A program made the translations under genes and the position numbers. This document shows, piece by piece, positions 1 through 10,539 of a stretch of 64,000 bases of DNA. Position 1 is the first letter of the stretch; the number at the start of each line of letters is the position of its first letter. The stretch is from a virus. The notes under the pieces were generated by a model. It saw only the letters and a list, made by a program, of their open reading frames with translations, made no database searches and was not told where the DNA came from. Location of the stretch: positions 17,487 through 81,486 of the IMG/VR virus record IMGVR_UViG_3300027971_000044; one strand, 5' to 3'.

Positions 1-2
1 GA

Positions 3-953
3 ATAGTTACAACATCAGGTGGAAATACAATTCACACTTTTAATGCTAGTGGTAATTTTGAAACTTCATATTCTGTTGCAGCTAAAGCAACTGGTGGTGC
101 AATAAATACAGACGGAAGTTATTTTTATCATGTATTTAATGATTCAGGAACATTTACTCCTACTCAATCTTTAACTGCTGACATTTTAGTTGTTGCAGGT
201 GGCGGTGGAGCCAGTATGGGAACAGGTGCTGGTGGCGGTGGAGCAGGTGGTTTTAGAGCTATAACATCTCGTGCCGTAACATCAGGAACTGCATACACAG
301 TTACCGTTGGTAGTGGCGGTGCTCCTGCTGCTCCTGACACTGTTCGTAGTGAAAGCGGAAATAACTCATCTTTTTCTGGAACAGGATTTGCAACAATTAC
401 CGCTACTGGCGGTGGCGCAGGTGCTGCTGAAAGTTCAACCACTCCTGCTTCTGGTGGTTCTGGAGGCGGTGGTATGTATAGCACATCTGGAGCATCAGGA
501 AACTCTGGTGGTTATACCCCTGTCGAAGGTTATGCAGGTGGTAGTGGCATAGGTGCAGCTTCTGGTTTTTATGGCGGAGGCGGAGGCGGTGGAGCAAGTT
601 CTGTAGGTGGAAATGCTGCTAGTCTAAATGGTGGTGCAGGTGGTGCTGGTGCAACTACTCCAATATCTGGTGGTGCAACTACTGGTGCTGGTCAATTAGT
701 AAACGGAAATTATTATTTTGCTGGCGGCGGAGGTGGTGGTACACAATTTACCGTTTCAAATACTACCGCTGGTGTTGGTGGTAATGGTGGAGGTGGAGCA
801 GGATCAGCAGATAACACAGGTGGTTCATCTCGTTTGGCACCTGGAATTTCTGGAACTCCAAATACAGGCGGAGGCGGTGGCGGAGCTGGTGGCGATAATT
901 CACTAGGAGGAGCTGGCGGCTCAGGAATAGTAATTATTCGTTACGCAGTATAA
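3..953 (+). CDS. Gly-rich fibre/adhesin-like protein, C-terminal part (5' end outside window)
   Basis: The frame of ORF 216..953 is open back to position 3 (IVTTSGGNTIHTF...KATGG...YFYHVF...DILVVAGGGG) and ends GGSGIVIIRYAV. Same layout as the C-terminal half of 7954..10539. Confidence 0.85.
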   Translation: MVTTSGGNTIHTFNASGNFETSYSVAAKATGGAINTDGSYFYHVFNDSGTFTPTQSLTADILVVAGGGGASMGTGAGGGGAGGFRAITSRAVTSGTAYTVTVGSGGAPAAPDTVRSESGNNSSFSGTGFATITATGGGAGAAESSTTPASGGSGGGGMYSTSGASGNSGGYTPVEGYAGGSGIGAASGFYGGGGGGGASSVGGNAASLNGGAGGAGATTPISGGATTGAGQLVNGNYYFAGGGGGGTQFTVSNTTAGVGGNGGGGAGSADNTGGSSRLAPGISGTPNTGGGGGGAGGDNSLGGAGGSGIVIIRYAV

Positions 954-958
954 AACAA

Positions 959-987
959 TAGACTTATCATTTAATAAATGGTAAAAT
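959..987 (+). promoter_or_regulatory. sigma70/SigA-type promoter
   Basis: TAGACT-N17-TAAAAT with extended TG; AAGGAG RBS before ATG 1023. Confidence 0.6.
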
Positions 988-1022
988 ATAAATAAGTAAG
1001 ACAACTAACAAAGGAGAAAAAA

Positions 1023-1406
1023 ATGGCACACTTCGCAGAAATCGACGAGAACAACATTGTTACTCGTGTTCTAGTAGTAAATGACGCTGATGCAGCTGAT
1101 GGACAGAACTTTCTGGCCAACACTTTGAATCTAGGCGGAACATGGATACAGACTTCATATAACACTTCAGGTGGCGTACACGCAAACGGCGGTACCCCTG
1201 TAAGAAAAAATTATGCAGGAATTGGATATTCATACGACTCAGTTCGTGATGCATTTATCCCACCAAAGCCTTTTGCTTCATGGTTACTAAATGACGCAAC
1301 ATGTCTTTGGGAAGCTCCAACAGCAATGCCTGTTGAAGAGGGTAAAATGTTCAGATGGGTTGAAGAAGATTTAAACTGGCAAGAAATAGTAATACCACAG
1401 GAGTAA
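1023..1406 (+). CDS. conserved phage protein (MAHFAEID... type), possible fibre partner or chaperone
   Basis: 127-aa ORF with strong RBS; Trp/Pro-rich C-terminus (PPKPFASW...WEAP); lies among Gly-rich fibre genes. Function is inferred. Confidence 0.75.
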   Translation: MAHFAEIDENNIVTRVLVVNDADAADGQNFLANTLNLGGTWIQTSYNTSGGVHANGGTPVRKNYAGIGYSYDSVRDAFIPPKPFASWLLNDATCLWEAPTAMPVEEGKMFRWVEEDLNWQEIVIPQE

Positions 1407-1412
1407 TTTAAA

Positions 1413-3089
1413 TTGACTAGAGCAAGGGATGTAGCAAACGTTCTATCTACCGCCACATCTCTGGCGACAGATACTGAAACGGCTGCCGCCATCTCTAGTC
1501 ATAATTCTTCTACAACAACAGTTCACGGTATTTCAGATACAGCAGCATTAGCAACACAGACTTATGTTCAAAACAATAAGGGAATAAATAAAGGCAATAC
1601 TGCCTCACGTCCTGCATCTCCTGCAAATGGAGATTTATATTATAATACAGAAACATCCACTCTTGAAGTATATGATGGAGGATGGTGGATTCCAAATACC
1701 GCTCCAGGAATTCCTACATCACCAGTTGCAACAAACTCAGGATCAGCACGGGCATTTAATAATGGTAGAGCCTCAGTAGCTTTTACTCCTGCAACAAGCG
1801 GCGGAAAAGCAACATCATTTACAGTTACTTCAACACCAGGCTCATATACAAATACAGGTTCATCTAGTCCTATTGTAGTTACTGGTTTACAATCAAGTAC
1901 AGCATATACTTATGCGGTTACAGCAACTGGACCACTTGGAACATCTTCTGCATCATCTGCGAGTAGCGCAGTTACTGCAACAACTGTGCCACAGGCACCT
2001 AGTATAAGCGCTGTAGGAGCATCTCAGTCAGCTACAATTACAATTACAGCAGGGGCAACTGGTGGTTCAGCAATTACAGGATATTCAATAGTTTCAAGTC
2101 CAGTAACTACTACTCAAACAACATCTAACACAACATATACTTTTACAGGACTTACCGATGGTACAGCGTATACGTTTACTGCAACAGCAACAAATACAAA
2201 TGGAACATCAGTATCAAGTGCTGCAAGTAGTTCTGTTACCCCAGTATCAACTGCAGTTTCTGGAGGAACATTATCATCTGACGCAACTTATTATTACAGA
2301 ACATTTACTGGAACTGGAAATTTAATTATTTCTGGATCAGCATTAACATGTGATTATTTAATTGTAGCAGGCGGCGGCGGTAGTATGGGACAAGGCGCAG
2401 GCGGCGGCGGCGCAGGCGGACTTAGAACATTTACATCACAAAATTTAAATGCAGGTACTTACACAGCAACTATCGGCGGCGGTGGTGGACCAGGAGTTGG
2501 ATCTTCAACTACAACTTCTGCTTATAATGGTCAGAACTCATCTTTTAATGGCGCATCAGCAACTGGCGGTGGAGTAGGAGCGGGTCGCAACACTGATGGT
2601 ACCGCAAACGCTTATGCTGGTGGCTCTGGTGGCGGTGGAGGAAATGGCCGTTCAAACTCTGGTGGAGCAGGTAACGCAGGATCTTACACTCCAGTAGAAG
2701 GTTATAAGGGTGGAGATGCATCAGGAGATAATCCTCCCTATGGTGGTGGAGGCGGCGGCGGAGCAGGAGGTGCTGGAAGCAATAATGATGCTTCTGGAGG
2801 AAATAGAAATGGTGGGATTGGTGCAACATCAGCATTACTTAATGCAATGGGTGCTGCTACATCTACAGGACAACTAAGTGGTGGAAATTATTATTTTGCA
2901 GGTGGCGGTGGAGGACTTGCTGACTCTGCTTCATCTTCAGGAGGCCTTGGTGGCGGAGGAATCTATAGCACATCAACTGGTGGAACAAATGGAACAACAA
3001 ATACTGGCGGAGGTGCTGGTGGCGGAAACAAAGCTGGTGGCTCAGGTATAGTTATTGTTAGATATCTTAGATCGGCAGTAGGTGGATAA
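1413..3089 (+). CDS. Gly-rich/FN3 fibre-like protein (MTRARD N-terminal type)
   Basis: TTG start; GNTASRP...GDLYYNT motif; two FN3-like repeats (VTGLQSSTAYTYAVTA); Gly-rich domain ending GGSGIVIVRY. Confidence 0.85.
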   Translation: MTRARDVANVLSTATSLATDTETAAAISSHNSSTTTVHGISDTAALATQTYVQNNKGINKGNTASRPASPANGDLYYNTETSTLEVYDGGWWIPNTAPGIPTSPVATNSGSARAFNNGRASVAFTPATSGGKATSFTVTSTPGSYTNTGSSSPIVVTGLQSSTAYTYAVTATGPLGTSSASSASSAVTATTVPQAPSISAVGASQSATITITAGATGGSAITGYSIVSSPVTTTQTTSNTTYTFTGLTDGTAYTFTATATNTNGTSVSSAASSSVTPVSTAVSGGTLSSDATYYYRTFTGTGNLIISGSALTCDYLIVAGGGGSMGQGAGGGGAGGLRTFTSQNLNAGTYTATIGGGGGPGVGSSTTTSAYNGQNSSFNGASATGGGVGAGRNTDGTANAYAGGSGGGGGNGRSNSGGAGNAGSYTPVEGYKGGDASGDNPPYGGGGGGGAGGAGSNNDASGGNRNGGIGATSALLNAMGAATSTGQLSGGNYYFAGGGGGLADSASSSGGLGGGGIYSTSTGGTNGTTNTGGGAGGGNKAGGSGIVIVRYLRSAVGG

Positions 3090-3562
3090 TGGCCAATAAA
3101 GACTTTAAAGTAAAAAATGGGTTAGATATCCAGACACCCCTTGCTGTTTCTATGGGCGGAACTGGACAAACCTCTACAACTAATACATTAAACTCTTTGC
3201 TCCCGTCCCAATCTGGAAATAGCAATAAAGTATTATCAACAGACGGAACTAATACAACTTGGGTAGCACAATCAGTTGGATTTCCTTCATCTTCTGTAAA
3301 CTCAAATGTAACTCTTGTTTCTAATAACAAGTATTTTGTTGATACATCAACTTCCAGAACTATAACCTTGCCTTCATCACCATCTGTGGGAGATGAGATA
3401 TATGTATTTGATGCATCAGGATCTGCGGGAGCGTATAATATAACTGTGAACAGAAACTCAAATTATATAAATGGGTCTTCGTCAAATTTAATTATAGATG
3501 TTAATGGTGGTGCTGCTAGTTTTACATATACTGGCGGTAGCTACGGTTGGAAGGCAGGATAA
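3089..3562 (+). CDS. short fibre adaptor protein (MANKDFKVKN type)
   Basis: C-terminal YFVDTS..TITLPSSPSVGD...DASG...NITV.RN...ING...IIDVN...YGWK domain, resembling tail-fibre repeat units; paralogous to 5391 and 10539. Confidence 0.8.
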   Translation: MANKDFKVKNGLDIQTPLAVSMGGTGQTSTTNTLNSLLPSQSGNSNKVLSTDGTNTTWVAQSVGFPSSSVNSNVTLVSNNKYFVDTSTSRTITLPSSPSVGDEIYVFDASGSAGAYNITVNRNSNYINGSSSNLIIDVNGGAASFTYTGGSYGWKAG

Positions 3563-5337
3563 TGTCAGACATTAGACTATCAGGATTTTCACTTCCTTAT
3601 ACAACTGGAACTACAGGCAATAGGCCTGCTAATCCAGCAGAAGGAACACAATATTTTAATACAACAATTGGCGGACTTCAAGTTTATGTAAATGGGCAGT
3701 GGTCAACACATCAAAAACCAACTGATATTATTGCTCCATCTGGGGCTACTGCTACAAATCAAGGATCTGGGCGGGCATTTAATAATGGTCAAGCATCTAT
3801 AGCATTTACAACTTCAGAATTAGGAGGTCCAGCATCTAGTTATGTAGTTACATCTACTCCTGGATCTTATACTCAAACAGGAACATCTTCTCCGATAGTA
3901 GTAACAGGACTTCAATCTAATACATCATATACGTACACCGTTGCTGCTTCAAATTCATACTCATCTGCTACATCTGCAGCTTCAGCAGCAGTTACCGCAA
4001 CTACTGTGCCACAGGCACCAACAATAAATTCAGTAACAAATGGAAATTTACAAGCATCGATTGCATTTTCTGCAAACGCTACAGGCGGATCATCTATTAC
4101 AGGATTTACAGTAACATCAAGTCCAGGTGGACTTACAGCAACTGGTGCATCGTCACCATTAGTTGTAACAGGTTTAACAAATGGTACAGCATACACATTT
4201 ACTGCAGTTGCAACAAATACAAATGGAACATCAACGGCAAGTTCAGCATCTTCATCGATAACTGCAGCAACAGTTCCAGGTGCTCCAACTATTGGAACCG
4301 CAACTCAAACAGGAGCAACAACTGCAACATTAACATTTACAGCTCCTGCAAGTAATGGTGGATCAATTATTACAAGTTATACTGCTACATCATCTCCAGG
4401 AAGTATTACCTCTACATTAAATCAGGCGGGATCTGGAACATTTAATATTACTGGATTAACTGCTACTACTTCTTATACATTTACAGTAACAGCGACAAAT
4501 GCTGCTGGAACTTCTTCTGCTAGTTCTTCTAGTAATTCAATTACAACACCTTCTGCTGGAACAGAAATAGAATATTTGGTTCTAGCTGGAGGCGGAGGCG
4601 GCGGAGTTGATTATGCAGGCGGCGGAGGTGCTGGAGGATACAGAACAAATTATGGTGGAACAAAAATATTAATAAATAATTCAAGTCAATATACAATTAC
4701 AGTTGGCGGAGGCGGTCAGGGAGGAAGTAGAAATAACGGTGACAACGGGGGTATTGGAACAGTCTCAGGAATTTATCTTTCTGGTTCTCCAGTAATTGAA
4801 TCTGCTGGTGGCGGATACGGATCCAGCTATTTTGGAAATGGCGGTAGCGGTGGTTCAGGCGGCGGAGGCGGAGGAGGATACGGTACACAAATTTATACTA
4901 CTGGAGGTTCAGGTAATACTCCAGCAACAACTCCTTCTCAAGGTAATAATGGAGGGGGAGGATATGGACCAAGCGGATATGGTGGGAATAGATACGGCGG
5001 AGGTGGCGGAAGCCCAACAGGAGCAGGAACTAGCGCAACTTCAAATTCTCCTGGAGTAGGAGCATCTGGTATATCTAATTCAATAAGTGGATCAGCGGTT
5101 ACTTATGGTCGTGGTGGAGACGGATGTACTAGTCAGCAAGCACAACCAACTAGAGGAACCACATCAAATCGTGGTGAAGGAGGCTCTGGCGGTGGAGAAA
5201 ACATTACAGGAACTGCTGGAAGTAATGGCATTGTAGTAATTAAAGCTAGCGTTCAGGCATCTTCTACAACTGGATCTCCATCTAATCCAAGTACTGGAGT
5301 ATACGTATTTAATAATAGTGGTACTATTACATTCTAA
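3562..5337 (+). CDS. Gly-rich/FN3 fibre-like protein (3 FN3-like repeats)
   Basis: ATG 3562 overlaps the upstream stop (TAATG); FN3-like repeats, then a YLVLAGGGGGG domain. Confidence 0.85.
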   Translation: MSDIRLSGFSLPYTTGTTGNRPANPAEGTQYFNTTIGGLQVYVNGQWSTHQKPTDIIAPSGATATNQGSGRAFNNGQASIAFTTSELGGPASSYVVTSTPGSYTQTGTSSPIVVTGLQSNTSYTYTVAASNSYSSATSAASAAVTATTVPQAPTINSVTNGNLQASIAFSANATGGSSITGFTVTSSPGGLTATGASSPLVVTGLTNGTAYTFTAVATNTNGTSTASSASSSITAATVPGAPTIGTATQTGATTATLTFTAPASNGGSIITSYTATSSPGSITSTLNQAGSGTFNITGLTATTSYTFTVTATNAAGTSSASSSSNSITTPSAGTEIEYLVLAGGGGGGVDYAGGGGAGGYRTNYGGTKILINNSSQYTITVGGGGQGGSRNNGDNGGIGTVSGIYLSGSPVIESAGGGYGSSYFGNGGSGGSGGGGGGGYGTQIYTTGGSGNTPATTPSQGNNGGGGYGPSGYGGNRYGGGGGSPTGAGTSATSNSPGVGASGISNSISGSAVTYGRGGDGCTSQQAQPTRGTTSNRGEGGSGGGENITGTAGSNGIVVIKASVQASSTTGSPSNPSTGVYVFNNSGTITF

Positions 5338-5343
5338 ATAATT

Positions 5344-5356
5344 CAATGCTATAATT
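5344..5356 (+). promoter_or_regulatory. extended -10 promoter element
   Basis: CAATGCTATAATT, identical to 18951-18963; intergenic. Confidence 0.6.
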
Positions 5357-5390
5357 AAGTAATAAACAACTAGGGGAAATGTGAACTTAG

Positions 5391-6374
5391 ATGGCAAATA
5401 AAGACTTTAAGGTCAAGAATAAACTTGTTATATCAGGTTTAACTAACGCTAATGGCGTTTTGCTATCTGAAAATAATTCTGTTGATTCCCACACAAATTT
5501 AGCTACACAATATGGCGGAACTGGAACAACAACCTCTCCTACTTCTGGCCAAATATTATATTCAACTTCGGGCTCTACATATGCCCCAACTACTTTAGCA
5601 TCATTAATTCAAGGATCTAGTTATCAAGCAGATGCTCCTTCTTCCCCCGACATTGGCGATATATGGATTGAATCAGATTCTACTTCAGACTCATTTGACC
5701 CCAACATTATTCGCCGTCATACATTTACAGCAACGGCGGGACAAACAAATTTCGTAGCATCAGTAGCATTTATAGATGGATATGAGCAGGTATACTTCAA
5801 TGGTCTTCTACTATTAAAGACAACAGATTATACAACATCTTCTAGCACTACCGTTATTCTTAGTTCCGCCGCAGCAGCAGGCGACATTATAGAGATAGTT
5901 ACAATAACAAATTTAAACTCAACTAATACATATACTCAGTCTGAGATTAATACTATTGTTACAACTCAGGTAAATAATTTAATTGATAGCGCTCCATCTG
6001 CCCTAAATACACTTAATGAATTAGCGGAGGCATTGGGCGATGATGCAAGTTTTGCTACAACAGTTACTACATCTTTAGGAACTAAAAAGACAGAAGTATC
6101 TGCATCAATATCAGCCAATACAAATTTAGTGGCAGGACGTAGATATTTTGTAACATCTGCTTCTGCTCTTACTCTAACATTACCCTCATCACCTTCAGTA
6201 AATGATCAAATAGATGTATTTGATGCTTCTGGAAACGCTTCGACGTATAATATAACTGTGGCCCGTAACGCCAAGTTAATTAATGGTAATGCGGGAAATC
6301 TAATTATTGACGTAAACGGCGGATGGTTTACTCTTGTCTTTACAGGTAATACATATGGATGGAAGGTAGCATAA
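5391..6374 (+). CDS. fibre adaptor protein (MANKDFKVKN type, long form)
   Basis: Same N- and C-terminal domains as 3089; extra GDIW, ATAGQTNF and APSALNTLNELAEALGDD fibre motifs. Confidence 0.8.
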   Translation: MANKDFKVKNKLVISGLTNANGVLLSENNSVDSHTNLATQYGGTGTTTSPTSGQILYSTSGSTYAPTTLASLIQGSSYQADAPSSPDIGDIWIESDSTSDSFDPNIIRRHTFTATAGQTNFVASVAFIDGYEQVYFNGLLLLKTTDYTTSSSTTVILSSAAAAGDIIEIVTITNLNSTNTYTQSEINTIVTTQVNNLIDSAPSALNTLNELAEALGDDASFATTVTTSLGTKKTEVSASISANTNLVAGRRYFVTSASALTLTLPSSPSVNDQIDVFDASGNASTYNITVARNAKLINGNAGNLIIDVNGGWFTLVFTGNTYGWKVA

Positions 6375-7954
6375 TGGCCGATTTAAGAGCATCAGGATTA
6401 GGTGGGGTTCCAAAAGGAACAACCGCAAGTAGACCATCATCTCCATCAGTTGGTGACGTATTTTATAATGGCGATTTAGGTTACTTAGAAATGTATACCG
6501 CACAAGGATGGTTTGCATCTTCACCAGTTCTTCCAGGACAGCCTACTTCAGTAGTTGCTACAAACTCAGGAACATCTAGAGAATTTAATAATGGTAGAGC
6601 ATCTGTAGCATTTAACGTTGGAACTAATGGCGGGCTTCCAACATCATTTACAGTTACCTCTTCTCCAGGATCATATACAGCATCTGGATCAACTTCTCCA
6701 ATATTAGTTACAGGACTTCAATCATCAACACAATATACATATACCGCTACAGCAACTAATAATTTTGGAACATCATCTGCATCATCTGCGAGTAGCGCAG
6801 TAACTGCAACTACTGTTCCACAGGCACCAAGCGTAAGCGCTGCATCTAGCAACGCACAAGCAACAATTACAATCACACCTGGAGCAACAGGTGGTTCTGC
6901 AATTACAGGATACTCAATTGTTTCAAGCCCAGCAACTACTACTCAGACAACTTCAAATACAACTTATACATTTACAGGATTAACAAATGGAACATCTTAC
7001 ACATTTACTGCAACAGCTACAAATGCTAATGGAACATCGGCATCAAGCGCTGCAAGTAGCTCTATAACACCACTTAACGTTATGAGTTATTTAGTTGTAG
7101 CAGGAGGTGGCGGAGGTGGAAGCCACATCGGCGGAGGCGGTGGTGGAGGAGGAGTAAGAAGTGGAACAATTCCAACAGTCCCTGGAACTTACAATATAGT
7201 TGTGGGGTCAGGAGGAGTAGGCTCATTAGATACTAATGGTACAAATGGTACTAGTGGATTAAACTCGTCGTTTGGCTCAATTACCGCAACTGGTGGAGGT
7301 AAAGGAGGTTCAGGACTTGCAAATGGCACTAGCGGAGGTTCTGGCGGAGGATCAGGACATGGTCCAACTAATGGAGTAGGTGGATCTGGTAATGTCGGCT
7401 CATATTCACCAGTAGAAGGATATGCTGGAGGAACTGGAACACAGAATGGAATGCATGCAGGTGGCGGTGGCGGTGGCGCAGGCGGAGTAGGTGCAAATGG
7501 TAACTCATCTGGGTTTGGAGGCAACGGAGGAGTTGGAATAGAAAATTTAATTCTTGGCACTTCTTATTATTGGGCAGGAGGCGGGGGTGGAACAACTGGA
7601 GTAGGACAAACTGGATTAACTGCAGGTAGCGGCGGACTAGGAGGCGGAGGAGGAGCTTCTATTGAAGGTTCTCCAAACACTGCAGGAATAGGTGGAGGCA
7701 GCGCATTAAATAATGGTGGCAATGGAAGTTCTGGAGGCTCTCCAGCAGCAAAAGCTGGAAATGGAGGACAGTACACTGGCGGTGGCGGTGGCGGTGGTTC
7801 TCACGCAAGCGGAGATGGTGGTGAAGGTGGTTCTGGAATAGTTATTATTTCTTTACCAAATGCAGCAATTTCAACTACAGGGTCTCCGATATTAACAAAT
7901 CCAGACGGAAGATATGTTTATAGATTTAACAATACAGGAAGCATAACTTACTAA
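6374..7954 (+). CDS. Gly-rich/FN3 fibre-like protein
   Basis: TAATG-coupled start; GTTASRP motif, two FN3-like repeats, Gly-rich domain. Confidence 0.85.
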   Translation: MADLRASGLGGVPKGTTASRPSSPSVGDVFYNGDLGYLEMYTAQGWFASSPVLPGQPTSVVATNSGTSREFNNGRASVAFNVGTNGGLPTSFTVTSSPGSYTASGSTSPILVTGLQSSTQYTYTATATNNFGTSSASSASSAVTATTVPQAPSVSAASSNAQATITITPGATGGSAITGYSIVSSPATTTQTTSNTTYTFTGLTNGTSYTFTATATNANGTSASSAASSSITPLNVMSYLVVAGGGGGGSHIGGGGGGGGVRSGTIPTVPGTYNIVVGSGGVGSLDTNGTNGTSGLNSSFGSITATGGGKGGSGLANGTSGGSGGGSGHGPTNGVGGSGNVGSYSPVEGYAGGTGTQNGMHAGGGGGGAGGVGANGNSSGFGGNGGVGIENLILGTSYYWAGGGGGTTGVGQTGLTAGSGGLGGGGGASIEGSPNTAGIGGGSALNNGGNGSSGGSPAAKAGNGGQYTGGGGGGGSHASGDGGEGGSGIVIISLPNAAISTTGSPILTNPDGRYVYRFNNTGSITY

Positions 7955-10539
7955 TGAGCAGAATCAGAGATATAGCAAATTTATTCAGCGCAAATACGTC
8001 GGCAGCGACGGACTCTGAAGTAACTACTGCTATCTCTGCACATAACTCTTCAACAACAACAGTACATGGTATTTCTGATACTGCCGCCCTTGCTACATCT
8101 ACATCTGTAACATCTGCAATATCAACACATAATACAACTGCTAATGGACATGTTAAGAGAGGCAATACTGCTTCTCGTCCCGCTTCACCTACAACTGGTG
8201 ACATGTATATGAATACACAATTAGGCTACCCAGAATTTTATGAAGGAACGGCATGGATTCCAATTGGAGCAGATCCAACTGCGCCATCATCTGTAGTTGC
8301 TACAAACTCAGGATCTGGGCGGGCATTCAATAATGGTCAAGCATCTGTTGCATTTACAGCAGGAACAGTACCAGGATCTAGCTATACAATAACATCTTCC
8401 CCAGGTTCTTATTATAATACTGGCTCATCATCTCCCATCCTTGTATCAGGATTGCAATCAAATACATCTTATACTTTTACTGCCACCGCATCAAATGTTT
8501 ATAACACATCTGTTGCCTCATCTGCGAGTAGCGCAATTACTGCAACTACAGTGCCTGCTGCACCAAGCGTAAGCGCTGTTGGAGCAAATCAATCAGCTAC
8601 ACTTACATTAACAGGTGCAACAGGTGGCTCTGCAATTACTTCATGGTCAATTACATCAAGCCCAGCAACTACAACACAAACAGCTTCATCTTCACCTTAT
8701 ACTTTTACTGGACTTACAAATGGCACATCTTATACATTTACTGCTACAGCAACAAATGTTAATGGTACATCAGCAGCAAGTAGCGCAAGCAGTAGCATAA
8801 CTGCAGTAAACCCAGACTTTGCTGTTAATTATTTAGTCATAGCAGGCGGCGGTGGCGGCGGAGGCGGAGTAAATAATGGCGGTGGTGGCGGAGGTGCTGG
8901 AGGATTACGTTCAACCGTAACAGCAACAGGCGGCGGAGGCTCCCTTGAGTCCCCAATAACTGTTTCAAGTAACACTGCTTACACAGTTATAGTCGGAGCA
9001 GGCGGCGGCGGCGGTAGCGGTAGCTCATTAGATAGTACCCAAGGTACAGATTCTGTATTTTCTACAATTACCTCAACAGGTGGTGGCAAAGGTTCAAATG
9101 TAGATAGCGATGGTGGCTACACTGCTAGTGGTGGCGCAGGTGGTTCGGGTGGCGGTGGTTACGGTAGCAACCCACGATCAGGTGGAACAAGAACTGCAAG
9201 CCCCGTACAAGGGTTTAATGGTGGTGGTGTAAGTGGTAGTATTTGGGATGGCGCAGGTGGCGGTGGCGGTGCTGGTGCTGTTGGCGGGGATGGTGTGGCA
9301 GGAACCTCATCACCTGCTTCAACATCAGGTTCTGGTGGTAACGGTATAGCAGTTGCAATTTCAGGTTCATCTATTACTTATGCTGGAGGCGGCGGCGGTG
9401 CTTCAAGATATGGTTCTGACGGTGCAGGAGGCTCAGGAGGCGGAGGTGCTGGTGGCGCAGTAGGATCATCTGGTGGTTCAGGATCAGAAAACTTTGGCGC
9501 AGGTGGTGGCGCAGGTGGAGGTGGCACAGGCGGTGCAGGAGGTTCAGGTATTGTAATTATTCGATACGCAGGACTTACACAAAAAGCAACAGGTGGAACT
9601 GTAACCAATGATGGTACAAATACAATACATACATTTACTTCTTCAGGAAGCTTCTATACTGGAATTATAAGTTCTGTTAAAGCAACAGGCGGAAATATTT
9701 CAACTGATGGTACTTATTGGTATCACGCATTTACTGGCACAGGAACATTTACTCCTACACAATCTATAACTACCGAAATTTTAGTAATTGCAGGCGGCGG
9801 CGGCGGTGCTTCTAATACTTCAGGAGGTTCTTCAGGTGGTACAGGCGGAGGAGGTGCTGGTGGATTAAGATTACTTACTTCTCAATCTTTAACAGTAACT
9901 GCCTATACTTGCACCGTAGGAAGCGGTGGCGCAGGATCAGTATCATCTGGATTCAGTGGTTCTAATGGACTTAATTCATCAATTTCTGGTTCAGGATTTA
10001 CAACTATTACTGCTTCAGGCGGCGGCGGCGGTTCGGGAACTGGATCTGGTAATGGTCTTGCAGGAGGCTCAGGAGGAGGCGGATATGGATATCCATTAAA
10101 TACACATAATGGCGGTGCTGGTAACTCAGGTGGATATGCTACAGTTGAAGGTTACGCTGGTGGTAGAGGTTATACAGATGGCGTAAATTATACTACTGGT
10201 GGTGGCGGAGGAGGCTCAGCCGCAGCAGCAACACAAAAACTTAATAGTAACGGTGCTGACGGTGGGGCTGGAACACAGCTGACTGCTTGGTCTACAGCAA
10301 CTGGCACTGGTGTTTCTGGTTATTATGCTGGCGGCGGAGGCGGCGGCGGAAGCATAAACGGTGGTGTTGGTGGAACTGGTTCAGCAGGTGGTGGTAATGG
10401 AAGCGCAATTGGCGCTAATGCTTTTAGTGCAAGAGTAAACACTGGCTCAGGAGGAGGCGGTGTTGGTGGTGGTTCAAGCGCTTTCTACCGAGGCGGCACG
10501 GGTGGTTCAGGAATTATTATAGTGAGGTACCCAGTATAA
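7954..10539 (+). CDS. Gly-rich/FN3 fibre-like protein with two Gly-rich domains
   Basis: N-terminus MSRIRDIAN is paralogous to 1413; two tandem AGGGGG...GGSGI(V/I)I(I/V)RY domains. Confidence 0.85.
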   Translation: MSRIRDIANLFSANTSAATDSEVTTAISAHNSSTTTVHGISDTAALATSTSVTSAISTHNTTANGHVKRGNTASRPASPTTGDMYMNTQLGYPEFYEGTAWIPIGADPTAPSSVVATNSGSGRAFNNGQASVAFTAGTVPGSSYTITSSPGSYYNTGSSSPILVSGLQSNTSYTFTATASNVYNTSVASSASSAITATTVPAAPSVSAVGANQSATLTLTGATGGSAITSWSITSSPATTTQTASSSPYTFTGLTNGTSYTFTATATNVNGTSAASSASSSITAVNPDFAVNYLVIAGGGGGGGGVNNGGGGGGAGGLRSTVTATGGGGSLESPITVSSNTAYTVIVGAGGGGGSGSSLDSTQGTDSVFSTITSTGGGKGSNVDSDGGYTASGGAGGSGGGGYGSNPRSGGTRTASPVQGFNGGGVSGSIWDGAGGGGGAGAVGGDGVAGTSSPASTSGSGGNGIAVAISGSSITYAGGGGGASRYGSDGAGGSGGGGAGGAVGSSGGSGSENFGAGGGAGGGGTGGAGGSGIVIIRYAGLTQKATGGTVTNDGTNTIHTFTSSGSFYTGIISSVKATGGNISTDGTYWYHAFTGTGTFTPTQSITTEILVIAGGGGGASNTSGGSSGGTGGGGAGGLRLLTSQSLTVTAYTCTVGSGGAGSVSSGFSGSNGLNSSISGSGFTTITASGGGGGSGTGSGNGLAGGSGGGGYGYPLNTHNGGAGNSGGYATVEGYAGGRGYTDGVNYTTGGGGGGSAAAATQKLNSNGADGGAGTQLTAWSTATGTGVSGYYAGGGGGGGSINGGVGGTGSAGGGNGSAIGANAFSARVNTGSGGGGVGGGSSAFYRGGTGGSGIIIVRYPV

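Noticed and set aside
164-9608. Pro-rich minus-strand ORFs (164..484, 7189..7560, 7567..7776, 9378..9608)
   Set aside because: Antisense shadows of GGN-rich glycine codons.
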